Shown: positions 20,342 to 30,922, counted from the stretch's first letter. The stretch is 64,000 nt of DNA from an uncultured Planctomycetota bacterium (GCA_900318195.1 ONJR01000162.1:35051-99050), one strand, 5' to 3'. Translations and numbers: made by a program. The notes: generated from the letters alone by a model not told the origin.

Positions 20342-20980
20342 TTATTCCGCTTTTTCCTCGTCCACCGTCTTTTCTGGGTTATTAAAGTTCTGTCGACATG
20401 AAATTGCGTCGGCTAACATTTCATTATTAGCAAACTCGAGAGCGCTACCAGTGGTAATACCACGCGCAAGCCTCGTGATTTTGATTGGCGTTCCCTGCAA
20501 CTGATTCGTTATTGCTAACGCAGTGCCGTCGCCTTCAACTGTTGGATTTGTCGCCATAATGAGTTCTTTGAAAGAGCCGCTCTTGACGCGTTTAACAAGC
20601 TGGTCGATCGTTAACTGGTCGGGACTAACGCCGTCCAAAGGCGAGAGCCGTCCAAGAAGAACATGATACAGTCCACGATACATTCCCGTTTTTTCGAGAG
20701 CAATCAAGTCGCGTGGTTGCTCAACAACGCAAAGAACTGACTGATCTCGTCGCTCGTCGCGGCATATTTCACAGAGATCGTCTTCGGCAAGATTAAAGCA
20801 ACGCTGACAATATCGAATATTTTCCTTCATGGCTCGAATCGCGTCAGAGAGCGCCAGCGCTTCTTCTTTCGAGACCTTCAATAGATGATAAACGATTCTC
20901 TCAGCCGACTTCTTACCAACGCCTGGTAATCGTTCAAACTCCTTCATTGTCTTTGCAACGGAGTCCGTCAATTCCGTCAT
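20342..20980 (-). CDS. recR: Recombination protein RecR
   Basis: LPGVGKKSAERI helix-hairpin-helix, a C4 zinc finger CQRCFNLAEDDLCEIC, and a Toprim region. Length is 212 aa. Confidence 0.93.
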   Translation of the reverse strand: MTELTDSVAKTMKEFERLPGVGKKSAERIVYHLLKVSKEEALALSDAIRAMKENIRYCQRCFNLAEDDLCEICRDERRDQSVLCVVEQPRDLIALEKTGMYRGLYHVLLGRLSPLDGVSPDQLTIDQLVKRVKSGSFKELIMATNPTVEGDGTALAITNQLQGTPIKITRLARGITTGSALEFANNEMLADAISCRQNFNNPEKTVDEEKAE

Positions 20981-21909
20981 TAGGACGCCCCCTTTCTTTT
21001 AGGCATATCAATGTTGTTCGCAAGTTCTGCGAGTCCATAGAGCGCTAATCGAGGCTCAACAACGATCCTCGGTCGTGGAACCTTGCACTTAAAATTTGCG
21101 TCAAGATCGTTGAAGTAATTCTGAAGATTCCGTTCTGTGGCGTGTGAGTCCCCACCGGCTATAACGAGTTGCAGATCGTCTGGATTCGCGCCTTGACGTT
21201 CAAGGGATAGACGCGTTTGCCAATAGAAGGAAATAATCGCGCCGACGAGCGTATAGACTACGCCAAGTCGAATACCGTTGTTCGTCTCTGTCGCGGGAAA
21301 CGTAAGCGCGCCAGATTGCGTACGCCCGTCGAGACTGGCGTTTTCAGGATCGTCCAACATAGGCAACGCGGCTGTTTTACGCGTAAGCGCTTCGGCGCTC
21401 AGCGCCGGACCAGGCAGGATCGCGCCGCCGCGAAAGACGCCCGACTGATCGACATAATCAACAGTGGCAGCAGTTCCAACGTCAATTGCAAGGAACGGGG
21501 TCTTCTGCGGGAGCATTCTAACGCCGGCAAAAGCGGCGACAGCACGATCAATGCCTAATTTCTCAGGATAATCGTACTCGACTTCCAACGGCAAATCGTC
21601 TAGTGTAAGTAAGTAAAACGAGTCTTCTTTCCTTATCCTTTCGACGATCGTCTTCAGTCGCGCAGTCTTTCGATTATTGACGCTCGACACAATCCAGAAC
21701 GCCGAGTCAAGCTCGCGATTACCAGATTCCAGCAACCAACGTTCTATCTCAGTTAAGTCACACGAACCGTCAGCGCGTTCTGCGTCAGGCACACACGGTC
21801 TACCGTCTTGAAAAACGGACGCGGCGCCGCCTCGCCAGCGCGCGATCTTCACTCGAGTATTTCCCACGTCGACGGCAAACAAAGCTCTGTGTCTCATGTG
21901 TTTTGTCAA
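20980..21909 (-). CDS. coaX: Type III pantothenate kinase
   Basis: LFAVDVGNTRVKIA, IDVGTAATVDYV, and an ASKHA fold. Its stop TAA overlaps the recR ATG by 1 nt (TAATG). The start is TTG 21909 or ATG 21897. Confidence 0.8.
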   Translation of the reverse strand: MTKHMRHRALFAVDVGNTRVKIARWRGGAASVFQDGRPCVPDAERADGSCDLTEIERWLLESGNRELDSAFWIVSSVNNRKTARLKTIVERIRKEDSFYLLTLDDLPLEVEYDYPEKLGIDRAVAAFAGVRMLPQKTPFLAIDVGTAATVDYVDQSGVFRGGAILPGPALSAEALTRKTAALPMLDDPENASLDGRTQSGALTFPATETNNGIRLGVVYTLVGAIISFYWQTRLSLERQGANPDDLQLVIAGGDSHATERNLQNYFNDLDANFKCKVPRPRIVVEPRLALYGLAELANNIDMPKRKGAS

Positions 21910-21936
21910 TCCAGAAATCGCGGCTTACAAGAACGA

Positions 21937-23040
21937 TTAAATCTCGATAAGTTCGTATTCCATCGAACCGAGTCCAATCTCAGCGCCGTATTCCACAACA
22001 GATCGCCAGTTTGTTGTCGGGTGCATTGCGTTAAAGTAGTCGCCGTCATGTTTCTTACCGTCGAGTTCACTGTGCGGAACGATAGGTTGCGCGTTAATCG
22101 CGTCAGCGCAGGCAACGTCAAGAGCAACAGGATCAAAGGAGGCAAACATTCCAACGTTTGGAACGACAGGGATATCGTTTTCCGCGTGGCAATCGCAGAA
22201 CGGCGAGACGTCGGCAACGAAAGCAATATGAAATGCGGGACGATCTTTGACAACGGCGAGAGAATATTCGCAAACTTTCTTATTGAGGATTTCGTACTTC
22301 TCGTCCATTGCGGCGTACACTGCGTCTTTCGGGCACCGACCGACACAACGTCCACATCCCGCGCACTTGCTCTTATCAATTTCCGCCTTGCGATTTGAAT
22401 CAAAAGAGATGGCGTCGTGCGCGCACGTTTTAGCGCACGCGCGACAACCGACGCATGCGTTTTTATCGACGCTAGGTTTGCCGTTGGAGTGCATTTCCAT
22501 CTTACCGGCTCGCGAACCACAGCCCATGCCGATATTCTTCAGCACGCCTCCAAGTCCCGCGCATTCATGCATCTTGACGTGGGTAAGCGTTACGATTACG
22601 TCTGCGTCCATAACGGCGCGACCAATCTTCGCTTCCTTAACGTACTGTCCGTTGACCGGCACAAGGGTCTCGTCGGTTCCCTTGAGACCGTCCGCAATGA
22701 TAACGTGACACCCGGTAACGAAAGGGTTGAATCCGTTCGCGTAGGCCGTTTCAATGTGATCGAGCGCATTTTTACGACTACCAACGTACAACGTGTTCGC
22801 GTCGGTAAGAAACGGCTTACCGCCCTTTTCCTTCGTGAGATCGACTATGACGCGCGCATAGTTGGGGCGAAGGAACGCGAGATTGCCCCACTCTCCGAAA
22901 TGAATTTTAAGAGCGACAAATTTACCGTCGAGGTCGAGTTTATCGTACCCGGCACGAACCGCCAACCGTCGTAACTTCTGTAGAAGATTCTCGTTCGGAT
23001 TGGCGTGAAAGTTAGCAAAGTAGACCTGAGACTTACTCAT
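21937..23040 (-). CDS. DUF362-type protein with a 2x[4Fe-4S] ferredoxin insert
   Basis: CVGCRACAKTCAHDAI and CAGCGRCVGRCPKDAV cluster motifs. The surrounding sequence resembles DUF362 iron-sulfur proteins. Confidence 0.7.
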   Translation of the reverse strand: MSKSQVYFANFHANPNENLLQKLRRLAVRAGYDKLDLDGKFVALKIHFGEWGNLAFLRPNYARVIVDLTKEKGGKPFLTDANTLYVGSRKNALDHIETAYANGFNPFVTGCHVIIADGLKGTDETLVPVNGQYVKEAKIGRAVMDADVIVTLTHVKMHECAGLGGVLKNIGMGCGSRAGKMEMHSNGKPSVDKNACVGCRACAKTCAHDAISFDSNRKAEIDKSKCAGCGRCVGRCPKDAVYAAMDEKYEILNKKVCEYSLAVVKDRPAFHIAFVADVSPFCDCHAENDIPVVPNVGMFASFDPVALDVACADAINAQPIVPHSELDGKKHDGDYFNAMHPTTNWRSVVEYGAEIGLGSMEYELIEI

Positions 23041-23133
23041 GATAAAACCTTTCTTGCGTGTTATAGCGTGTGTGAAAAGCGCGTCTGAAATCAGGTTCTC
23101 CTAGAATAGAAGACGCCTTGCGCACACGGTAGA

Positions 23134-26100
23134 TTAGTCAATCAATAATCTTTCGATTTCATTGATTGAATTCGTAATATCGTCTTCTGCTTCTGGCGCG
23201 TCGTTCACTTCCTCTGGCTCAACATACGATTTTTCGTCTACGCCGGCGGTTGAAATGTTGCCGTCGTTACCTGCGTTACCGCCTCGTTCTGAAACTTCAT
23301 GACGCAATCTTTCGTCAAGTTCATTATCGCGTTGGATGCGTTCGCGCGCCCTTGCGCGTGCCTGCGCGCGATCGGCTATCTCCTCGGCTCGCTTCAGCAT
23401 ATCTTCTGCCCGATAGCGTTTGGCGCCTCCATGAGATTTGCAGTATTCGCTCAGAGTAGCGACACACTCGTCGTGCCGTTGCAAGGCTCCTGGATGCGAT
23501 AAGAAAATGTTCATTCTGGCAAAGAACGCTACGTCGTTGTCCCCTCCTATTTCTACCGCCTTCGCTAATGCGTCAACCGCTTCTACGTACCGTCTCGTTA
23601 GACTCAAGTACATTCCGGCATAATAATAGAAGTCGTAATTTCGTCGTTCCTCTGAAGTCGTGGCGTACACGGTTTCAAACTTGGCGCGTATTAGATCGTA
23701 GAGCGGATCGTCGCGTAACTTGCGTAGTTTGTACGCCGCATAGAAAATTGCGTACATATTGTCGGACAAAACCTGTTGCGATCTTTCCGCAAGTTGATTT
23801 TGCGGCAACGCAACTGCTAGGACGACGAGCGCGGCAGGCGCGTAGGTCGGCTGACAAGCCACGGCTCTCTTAAGAAACTTTGTCTTAGCGCTGTGGAGAC
23901 GAAACAACCCAAGATGATACGCGGCTCTAATGAGAAACTTCGTGTCGTATGGCGTCGTGGACGCGCCGCGCAAATCAGCAAGCAACTCGAGTTGCCGTTC
24001 GTCTTCCCATGTCATCTTATAGACGAGTGAAACATATGCGGGTATCGGTTGCCAGACGCGCGTTTGGAGTGGGCAAATTCTTCTTGCGGCGTATAGCGAG
24101 GTCAGAACGTTGGCAAAACATTCTCTAAGCTCAGCGCTATCGCGTAATGCGGAAGTCGCGGTGTCAAATCCGATCGACTGATACCCGAGCAACAATTCCA
24201 AATACGCTTCGATATCGGTCTTAGCCCATAATTCTTCAAACTTAGCCTCAGGATTGCGCTCTTTAAGGAAAGCACAATATCCCACGCGATAGCGCATAAT
24301 ATAGAGTTGGGCAAGCAGGCTTTGGAGCTCGCAACTATCATTACGCCTGAGCGCAAACTTTCGTAGCTTTGCAATATCGTCGTTGAAAGTATTCGCCGTT
24401 AGACTGCTAGGCTCGGCGTCGAGAATCGCGTTCGCGTCTTGAATCAGTTTCGCGCGCAAAACGGCGTCTTTATTCTCTTGCAACATCCATTTCGTTCCCA
24501 AGAGTAACAAGACGACGAGAGATGAAAACACGACCATACCAAGCGCCTCGCGCTGTTCAAGTCGACGTATCTCACGCGCCGCCTCCACTGATTGACGAGA
24601 ATTAACCATTCGACTCTTGACAGCGTCCCACTTTCGACGGTTCTGTCGACTGATAAAAGCGCCGCAAAGCGTGAAAAAGAGGAAAAGATTGCACGGAAAA
24701 TAAATGCCAAAATCCATACATGAAGAGACGATTTGACCAGCTAGCGTTGTAATAGCCGCAACCGCCAGCGCCGTCGTCTCGATACTATGCACGCCAATAA
24801 GCATACGCACAAAAATCACGATCAACATAACGTATGCCGCCACGAGCAAAATCAGCCCTAAAACGCCCATCTCTACCAGCGTTTGAACAAACGTATTCTC
24901 AGCATAATAAAAAAGGGAGTCTTTTGCCAACGTGCGATCATTACGCGCATTGACGACGGAGTAAGAGCCTAGACCAGAGCCCAACCACGTGAAATCCTGC
25001 GAGGTCTTGAGCGCGCTCTTCCAATTATCGACACGACCGTCTTGAACGATCGAAACGGCGCCGTCCTCATTCTCAACAACAATGGTGGACATACGGTCGC
25101 TAACCCTACCATGAAGATTCATTGCAAATAGCGCGCCCACGACTATAAGGAACGAAACACACGGGACAAACCAGTAGCGACGCGCGTCTTTACGCATGAG
25201 TAGCGCAATCAAGGCTACAAGAATCGAGGTTGTGGCGGCAATAGCTCCGCCGCGGGACATCGAGGCAAGAATCGCGGCATAAAGGACGGCGAGTGAGAAT
25301 AGCCCCAAAAGTAATTTCCGATTAAACAGGTCGATAAAGTCGCCAATCAGCAAAGCCCACTTTGACTCTTTCCGAACTTTGTAAACCTTTTCTTCCGCGT
25401 CCTCTTTCTCGAGAATCTTACGATTTTCAAGATCCTTGTTCTTCAAACGAATCGTCAGTAAGAATTCGCGAACCATAAAGAAGACGCAGGCGCCAAATGA
25501 AAGAACCAAATATCCTGCCGCCGCATTTTTATTGACGAACGTACCATAATTGAGTTTGCGATCGTTAAGCCAATCAATTTCGAAAAGCCTTTTGAAACGC
25601 GCAATCACCTCGTAATTAGCGCGTCCTGCAAGCGCAAATAGCGCAAAAGCCAAACCGACAAAAACGACGACGCTTAGTAAGACGCGGCGCGACTCTGCCG
25701 TATTAAAAAGAATCGAAGCGGATAAGAAGAGGAGAAACGCCGCCCAGAACATTGGCACGCTCTGCCGCGTGGCAAGCGGATAGACGCTGATCGTTCTACC
25801 CCATTCGCGCATTCCAAATCGAAAACCTGGCAATAAGAACTGCTGTTCTGCGGCGGCGTCGAGGATCAGAGCTCGTCGAACGTCGAATTTCGTGTCCTCG
25901 TCGTCGTATTGGACGACCTCTGCAACAAACTTTTCTGTCGGAGCCACGTCGTCGCCAATTCTCGACGCTAGCGCTCTGCGAGCCGCACCTCCCTCCTCGC
26001 CGTAAAGAGAGTCCAAGGTAACGCCGCGTTCGCAATCTGGTAACAACACTTGTCGAAGCTGTGGAACACTTGGCGAAAGTCTAGCCAGCCACGAGTCTGG

Positions 26101-26406
26101 CAACGGTTTCGCTTGTAATGCGCACAACATAATCGCGAGTATCAGGGGAATCGAAAGATACAAAGGCGCGTGATAGGAGTTTATTTTCCGTTCACGTTGT
26201 GGCGTCGTCCACAAGGAAGCCAGAGCAAGCGCGCCGCTCGCAATCACGAGGTAGATTAGTAGCCGCAAAACCGCCGGTTGTGACGACGCGTTCCACCATG
26301 GGCTAATAACGACAACGCCAAGCACGCAAAGTCGTCCCAACATTCTCAGTAGTTGATACACTATTTTCCTCACTGTTTTAGGTAGAGCCAAACGAACGTG
26401 AAGCAA
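23134..26406 (-). CDS. O-antigen ligase (Wzy_C)-like polytopic membrane protein with a helical-repeat C-terminal domain
   Basis: More than 10 TM segments and a SMSRGGAIAATTSILV Wzy_C-like loop. The C-terminal roughly 450 aa are helical and TPR-like, ending in a charged tail. Confidence 0.6.
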   Translation of the reverse strand: MLHVRLALPKTVRKIVYQLLRMLGRLCVLGVVVISPWWNASSQPAVLRLLIYLVIASGALALASLWTTPQRERKINSYHAPLYLSIPLILAIMLCALQAKPLPDSWLARLSPSVPQLRQVLLPDCERGVTLDSLYGEEGGAARRALASRIGDDVAPTEKFVAEVVQYDDEDTKFDVRRALILDAAAEQQFLLPGFRFGMREWGRTISVYPLATRQSVPMFWAAFLLFLSASILFNTAESRRVLLSVVVFVGLAFALFALAGRANYEVIARFKRLFEIDWLNDRKLNYGTFVNKNAAAGYLVLSFGACVFFMVREFLLTIRLKNKDLENRKILEKEDAEEKVYKVRKESKWALLIGDFIDLFNRKLLLGLFSLAVLYAAILASMSRGGAIAATTSILVALIALLMRKDARRYWFVPCVSFLIVVGALFAMNLHGRVSDRMSTIVVENEDGAVSIVQDGRVDNWKSALKTSQDFTWLGSGLGSYSVVNARNDRTLAKDSLFYYAENTFVQTLVEMGVLGLILLVAAYVMLIVIFVRMLIGVHSIETTALAVAAITTLAGQIVSSCMDFGIYFPCNLFLFFTLCGAFISRQNRRKWDAVKSRMVNSRQSVEAAREIRRLEQREALGMVVFSSLVVLLLLGTKWMLQENKDAVLRAKLIQDANAILDAEPSSLTANTFNDDIAKLRKFALRRNDSCELQSLLAQLYIMRYRVGYCAFLKERNPEAKFEELWAKTDIEAYLELLLGYQSIGFDTATSALRDSAELRECFANVLTSLYAARRICPLQTRVWQPIPAYVSLVYKMTWEDERQLELLADLRGASTTPYDTKFLIRAAYHLGLFRLHSAKTKFLKRAVACQPTYAPAALVVLAVALPQNQLAERSQQVLSDNMYAIFYAAYKLRKLRDDPLYDLIRAKFETVYATTSEERRNYDFYYYAGMYLSLTRRYVEAVDALAKAVEIGGDNDVAFFARMNIFLSHPGALQRHDECVATLSEYCKSHGGAKRYRAEDMLKRAEEIADRAQARARARERIQRDNELDERLRHEVSERGGNAGNDGNISTAGVDEKSYVEPEEVNDAPEAEDDITNSINEIERLLID

Positions 26407-26467
26407 TCTAGCACACGAAATTCATTTAGCCTTTGCGATTCTGGGCGCCGTTATAAATCCGAAGTAA

Positions 26468-28612
26468 CTAGCGCGCGCCGCTACTTGTTGCGTTTCCAAT
26501 TCGTTTTGTTCGCCATTCTACGAGTTCTGCATACGACTTGACGTTAAGGACGTCGTCTGCGGTTAAGCCTGCGCGTTGTGCGTGTTCTACGCCAAAGCGC
26601 AAGTAATTCATTTGGTCAGGAGCGTGCGCGTCCGTTGAAATTGCGATTGGGACGCCGTAACGCTTAGCGAGGACGAGTCCTTCCGTCGGCAAATCAAGTC
26701 TACGAGGCTGCGAATTGAGTTCAAGCGCCTTGCCGTACTTCTTGGCATTTTGGCATAGAAATTCGAGCTCTACCTTCATAGGAGCTTCTTTGCCGATAAC
26801 TCTCTCCGTCGGATGCGCGACAACGTCGACATAGGGCGATCGAAAAGCGTCCATATAACGTCGCTCAATCATCTCGCGATTCTGGTCTCGCGCCACATGA
26901 ATACTCGCAATAATCCAATCAGCACGTTTTAACGTCTCGTCTTTCAGGTCAAGACCACCATCTTCGAGAATGTCAACTTCAGCGCCTTTGAGTACGTGAA
27001 AACGAACGCCGTCGCGCTTCAAAGCCTCATTCGCTCCGTCGATCATATCCCAAACGCGTAGTAGCTCAACGTCGCCCAAGCCTGTAACGCCAGGCACATT
27101 CTGAGTATGATCGGTTATCGCGATATAGTCGAGTCCCAACTCCAGAGCGTAGTCTATCATTTCATCGATAGAGCCAACGCCGTCCGAATGAGTCGTATGC
27201 ATATGTAAATCAGCACGCAAATCATCCAATTCAAGCAATGCGGGCGAGCCAGCTTCAAACCAACGTTGCGCAACGTCGGCATGACGCAGGCAAATCGGCG
27301 GCTCGATCATGCCGAGTTTTTCATAAATCCTATACGTTTGCGTCGAGGTTATTCTTCTTGGACCGTCATAAAGCCCAAAGAGAGTAAGCCACCAGCCCTT
27401 GTCATGAGCGCGGCGTTGCAACTCTTGCCAATGTCGCTTGGTCGACGTCAGCGCGAGTTCCATAGCGCCGCGTGCGAATTCGGAGACTGCGTAAAACGTA
27501 AGCTCTATTGTCGGCGTAGGACGGTTATTATAGGGCATATCAAAAAAGTCCGGCGCCAAGACAAACTTAGCCCAGCGATCAGTCGTCTCTAGACGAGCCT
27601 TAACAAACTCCGAACGATTTACGCGTTCAAAGGCAACCACCGGATTATCCGTGATAATAAGGAACTCCAGCTTTCCGATAATTTCGCGTCGCCTCGCGAG
27701 AGCGCCAACTTTAATTACGTCAAGAGGTCGGCTAATCGCGGTTTCACGGCGTTCCTCCGCTTCTTGAACGGCGCGTCGTTCTGCTTGCGCGCGATTGCGC
27801 TCCTCTTCTTCACGCCTTAGTCTTGCATAATTTGGACTCGTAGGCGACGTGAAAAATCTACGCGCTTTACCAATAACGCCGCGCGCTTGATCGCGGGCTA
27901 GATTAATCGCGTCCTTTGAGACAAAATCGGAAGCCGTCTTGAGTAACGAGGCGCGCAGAGGTTCGGCAAGAGTTCCAATAATGGCGTCGGCAAGCGCGTC
28001 TGCATTTGCATGGAACATAGCGAGCGGATCGTCGGTAGCAAGAGGTTGATCGTCGTAATACGGCGCGATCTGCTCGCATTCGTCGTCTTGCGCGTCGTCG
28101 GAACATTTCATTCGCGTCGCTTCTTCCAAACGCTGGAGTTCCTCGAGAATGTCATGCTCTTGACGCTCGGAAAAGCGACCCGACTGCGCTAGCGTTCCAG
28201 CGGCGCAAGAGCGCTTTAACGCGTCGATAGAACGTATTCCCATCGCTCTTCTCAAAAAACGAACTGCGTCAACGTCAAGAGAGATAATTTTAAGTAGTTC
28301 GGCGGTCGCGGGCGACGACGCGTTAATAAGATCGTCACGCATCGGATTCGTGAAAGTGAGAACCGTTTCGCGCAACAGCCAGACGCCGTCGCGTGAAAAA
28401 TCGCGAAACCAGTAATTCAAAGCGGCGTCCAATTCGGCTACTTGCTCCTCATTTTCGAGATCCACGCCAGAAAAGAGCGCTAAGGGCGCGTCTAACGTCC
28501 TCACGCGTGAAGCTATATCGGAGAGCTCCCTACTAACAAACGACGAGCCTTCGCGGTATTCCAGAAGTCGCGCCGTCTGCGATAGGATATTTGCGATTTT
28601 TAAATTGCTCAT
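26468..28612 (-). CDS. PolX-family protein with a C-terminal PHP phosphoesterase domain; polymerase palm appears degenerate
   Basis: The N-terminus MSNLKIANILSQTARLLE resembles the 8-kDa HhH domain. The PHP domain is intact (DLHMHTTHSDG, ITDHT, VAHP, STDAH). The palm motif reads GALARRREIIGKLEFLI instead of GSxRRxxExxxDxDxL. I prefer ATG at 28612 over GTG at 28621. Confidence 0.75.
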   Translation of the reverse strand: MSNLKIANILSQTARLLEYREGSSFVSRELSDIASRVRTLDAPLALFSGVDLENEEQVAELDAALNYWFRDFSRDGVWLLRETVLTFTNPMRDDLINASSPATAELLKIISLDVDAVRFLRRAMGIRSIDALKRSCAAGTLAQSGRFSERQEHDILEELQRLEEATRMKCSDDAQDDECEQIAPYYDDQPLATDDPLAMFHANADALADAIIGTLAEPLRASLLKTASDFVSKDAINLARDQARGVIGKARRFFTSPTSPNYARLRREEEERNRAQAERRAVQEAEERRETAISRPLDVIKVGALARRREIIGKLEFLIITDNPVVAFERVNRSEFVKARLETTDRWAKFVLAPDFFDMPYNNRPTPTIELTFYAVSEFARGAMELALTSTKRHWQELQRRAHDKGWWLTLFGLYDGPRRITSTQTYRIYEKLGMIEPPICLRHADVAQRWFEAGSPALLELDDLRADLHMHTTHSDGVGSIDEMIDYALELGLDYIAITDHTQNVPGVTGLGDVELLRVWDMIDGANEALKRDGVRFHVLKGAEVDILEDGGLDLKDETLKRADWIIASIHVARDQNREMIERRYMDAFRSPYVDVVAHPTERVIGKEAPMKVELEFLCQNAKKYGKALELNSQPRRLDLPTEGLVLAKRYGVPIAISTDAHAPDQMNYLRFGVEHAQRAGLTADDVLNVKSYAELVEWRTKRIGNATSSGAR

Positions 28613-28776
28613 TAGACGCACGAATGGATTACAGTAAAACGTGGACGACGCCTGTTCGTTGCGCCGTTCTTAGCAAATTCGTTCAAAACACCAACTCGGG
28701 ACGCCCATGCGTTCGCAACATGAGCGTCCCACATCGGACAGACCAAACGCGCGCTACGTTCGATCGTCAACTAAAA

Positions 28777-30342
28777 CTAGTGCTTGAAATGTCGCCGACC
28801 AGTGAAGATCATCGCAATTCCAAGTTCATTACAAGCGTCGATGACCTCTTGATCGCGTTTCGAGCCGCCGGGCTGAATAACCGCCGTTACGCCTTTCGCC
28901 GCTTGAACCCCGTCGGCAAACGGGAAGAAAGCGTCGGAAGCAAGGACTGCGCCTTCGCAACGCCCGTCCGACTTCTTTACAGAAATCTCAACCGAGTCAA
29001 CACGACTCATCTGCCCAGCGCCGACGCCAACTAGCATCTCGTCCTTGCAGAGAACAATCGCATTCGACTTGACGTGTCTGACAATTTCCCAAGCAAAACG
29101 CAGATCGCGCATCTGTGCGTCGGTCGGTTCCTTTTCTGTAACGACGCGCCAATCTTCCTCCGGATCGGCAAGAACGTCTGCGTCCTGAACAAGAGCGCCC
29201 CCCGTGATCGGACGCACAGCCCAATTCAATTCCGCGCGCTCGAATTTATCGCCGCCGCATTCGAGCAGTCGAACGTTAGCGCTCCATTTAGGCTCGGTAG
29301 TGAGGATACGTAGCGCTTCCGGCGAGAATCCTGGCGCAATAATAGCTTCAACAAAAAGTCCAGGTTGTGCAAGCAGTTTTGCACACGGCTCGTCAACTAC
29401 GCGATTGACGCCTAAAATCGAGCCGAAAGCGCTGAGCGGATCGCCGTCCATCGCCTTACGGAGCGCGTTGACAAGCACGTCGTCAACGGCGGCGCCACAC
29501 GGGTTATTGTGTTTGAGTACGGCAACAGCAGGTCGATCAAATGATCGAGAAATAGCAAGCGCGGCGTCAAGGTCAAGGATGTTATTGTAAGAGAGTTCCT
29601 TGCCGTTGAGTTGGCGCGCCGTCGCGGCGGAGTACCCCTTGTATTTCGGATCAATGTAAAGGGCAGCGCGTTGGTGTGGATTCTCACCGTATCGGAGTTC
29701 TGCAGAAAGCTTGAGGGAGGTAGAGAAATTTGTTTGGAAGGTTACTTGACCGTCGTGTTCTGCAAAATATCGAGCAATAGCGGCGTCATATCCAGCAGTA
29801 TGGGCGAAAGCGTCCCGAGCAAGGCTACGTCGCATCTGCATGGTGAGCGAGCCAGACGCTTGAATTTGTTCCAGAACGCGAGCATATTGACTCGGAGAGG
29901 TCACAACGCCGACGAATTTGTGGTTCTTTGCGGCGGCGCGCACCATAGTTGGTCCGCCAATATCGATATTCTCGATCGCTTCTGCGTCGGTTACGCCTTC
30001 TTTTGCTATTGTAGCCTCGAAAGGATAAAGGTTAACTACGACGAGTTCGAAGGGCTCAATGCCATAATCGGACGCTGATTTCATATCAGATTCGTCGTCG
30101 CGGCGACACAAAATTCCACCATGGACTTTCGGATGAAGCGTCTTGAGGCGTCCGCTCATCATTTCAGGAAAGCCTGTGTACTCAGAGACGTCGGTAACGG
30201 GCACGCCATTAGTTTCAAGACTCCGCTTGGTGCCGCCCGTACTGAAAATCTGAACGCCAGCGGCGACAAGTCCTTTGGCGAAATCGGTCAAACCCATTTT
30301 ATCGCTAACGCTAATGAGCGCGCGCTTAACCTGAGGATCCAT
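28777..30342 (-). CDS. purH: Bifunctional AICAR transformylase / IMP cyclohydrolase
   Basis: RALISVSDKMGLTDFAKGL, GGTKRSL, KTLHPKVHGGIL, and a full-length PurH match of 521 aa. Confidence 0.96.
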   Translation of the reverse strand: MDPQVKRALISVSDKMGLTDFAKGLVAAGVQIFSTGGTKRSLETNGVPVTDVSEYTGFPEMMSGRLKTLHPKVHGGILCRRDDESDMKSASDYGIEPFELVVVNLYPFEATIAKEGVTDAEAIENIDIGGPTMVRAAAKNHKFVGVVTSPSQYARVLEQIQASGSLTMQMRRSLARDAFAHTAGYDAAIARYFAEHDGQVTFQTNFSTSLKLSAELRYGENPHQRAALYIDPKYKGYSAATARQLNGKELSYNNILDLDAALAISRSFDRPAVAVLKHNNPCGAAVDDVLVNALRKAMDGDPLSAFGSILGVNRVVDEPCAKLLAQPGLFVEAIIAPGFSPEALRILTTEPKWSANVRLLECGGDKFERAELNWAVRPITGGALVQDADVLADPEEDWRVVTEKEPTDAQMRDLRFAWEIVRHVKSNAIVLCKDEMLVGVGAGQMSRVDSVEISVKKSDGRCEGAVLASDAFFPFADGVQAAKGVTAVIQPGGSKRDQEVIDACNELGIAMIFTGRRHFKH

Positions 30343-30465
30343 TAGAAAAACCCTTTCCTATGTTGCGTCGACAATTTCAAGGGCTCGCCACTAGCAAGCT
30401 CTCGTAAAGTCGCAATGTTTAGTATGCGCCAAATGAAACATTCAAACGCTAGCCCTGCAAGCACG

Positions 30466-30903
30466 CTATCGCGGTTGCATAACGTACCCTCGCCCACGAG
30501 CGAGGCATATAATACGACCGTCTTGATCCTTCACCACAACGTCGCCAAGCGTCGTCGAACGAGTCCGAAGCGTTTCCTTCGCCTCAGCGTTAAGTCGAGC
30601 GCCAACTTTAGCCGGCTTGCAGTATGAAATCGAGACGTCAAGCGAAACCACAGACTCGTCAGTATAGTTGAAGGCGGCGGCAAGCGCGTAATCCGCGAGC
30701 GAAAAAAGCGCGCCGCCCTGACAAATACCAACCCCGTTGAGATGCTCCTCTGCAACGACCAATTGAGCCGTCGCCATCCCGTCTCCAACATTGACAAGCC
30801 GAACGCCAACGAGATCGCAAATAAATTTATCGGCGGACATTCTTGCAAGTTGCTTCTTTTGCGCTTCCGGTAGCGTGCTCAAATCAATTTCCTGGTCGCT
30901 CAT
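30466..30903 (-). CDS. PaaI/hotdog-fold thioesterase
   Basis: NGVGICQGGALFSLADYALAAA motif. ATG at 30903 is preceded by AAGGA. The listed start at 31059 would overlap the upstream ACT gene. Confidence 0.7.
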   Translation of the reverse strand: MSDQEIDLSTLPEAQKKQLARMSADKFICDLVGVRLVNVGDGMATAQLVVAEEHLNGVGICQGGALFSLADYALAAAFNYTDESVVSLDVSISYCKPAKVGARLNAEAKETLRTRSTTLGDVVVKDQDGRIICLARGRGYVMQPR

Positions 30904-30922
30904 AGAGCCTTCATTCCTTCGT

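Noticed and set aside
21808-22974. Several 150-200 aa ORFs (21808..22398 +, 21906..22520 -, 22247..22708 +, 22417..22974 +) overlapping the DUF362/ferredoxin gene
   Set aside because: All lie inside a gene with clear 4Fe-4S motifs. Their translations have no motifs and odd composition. They are most likely chance open frames.
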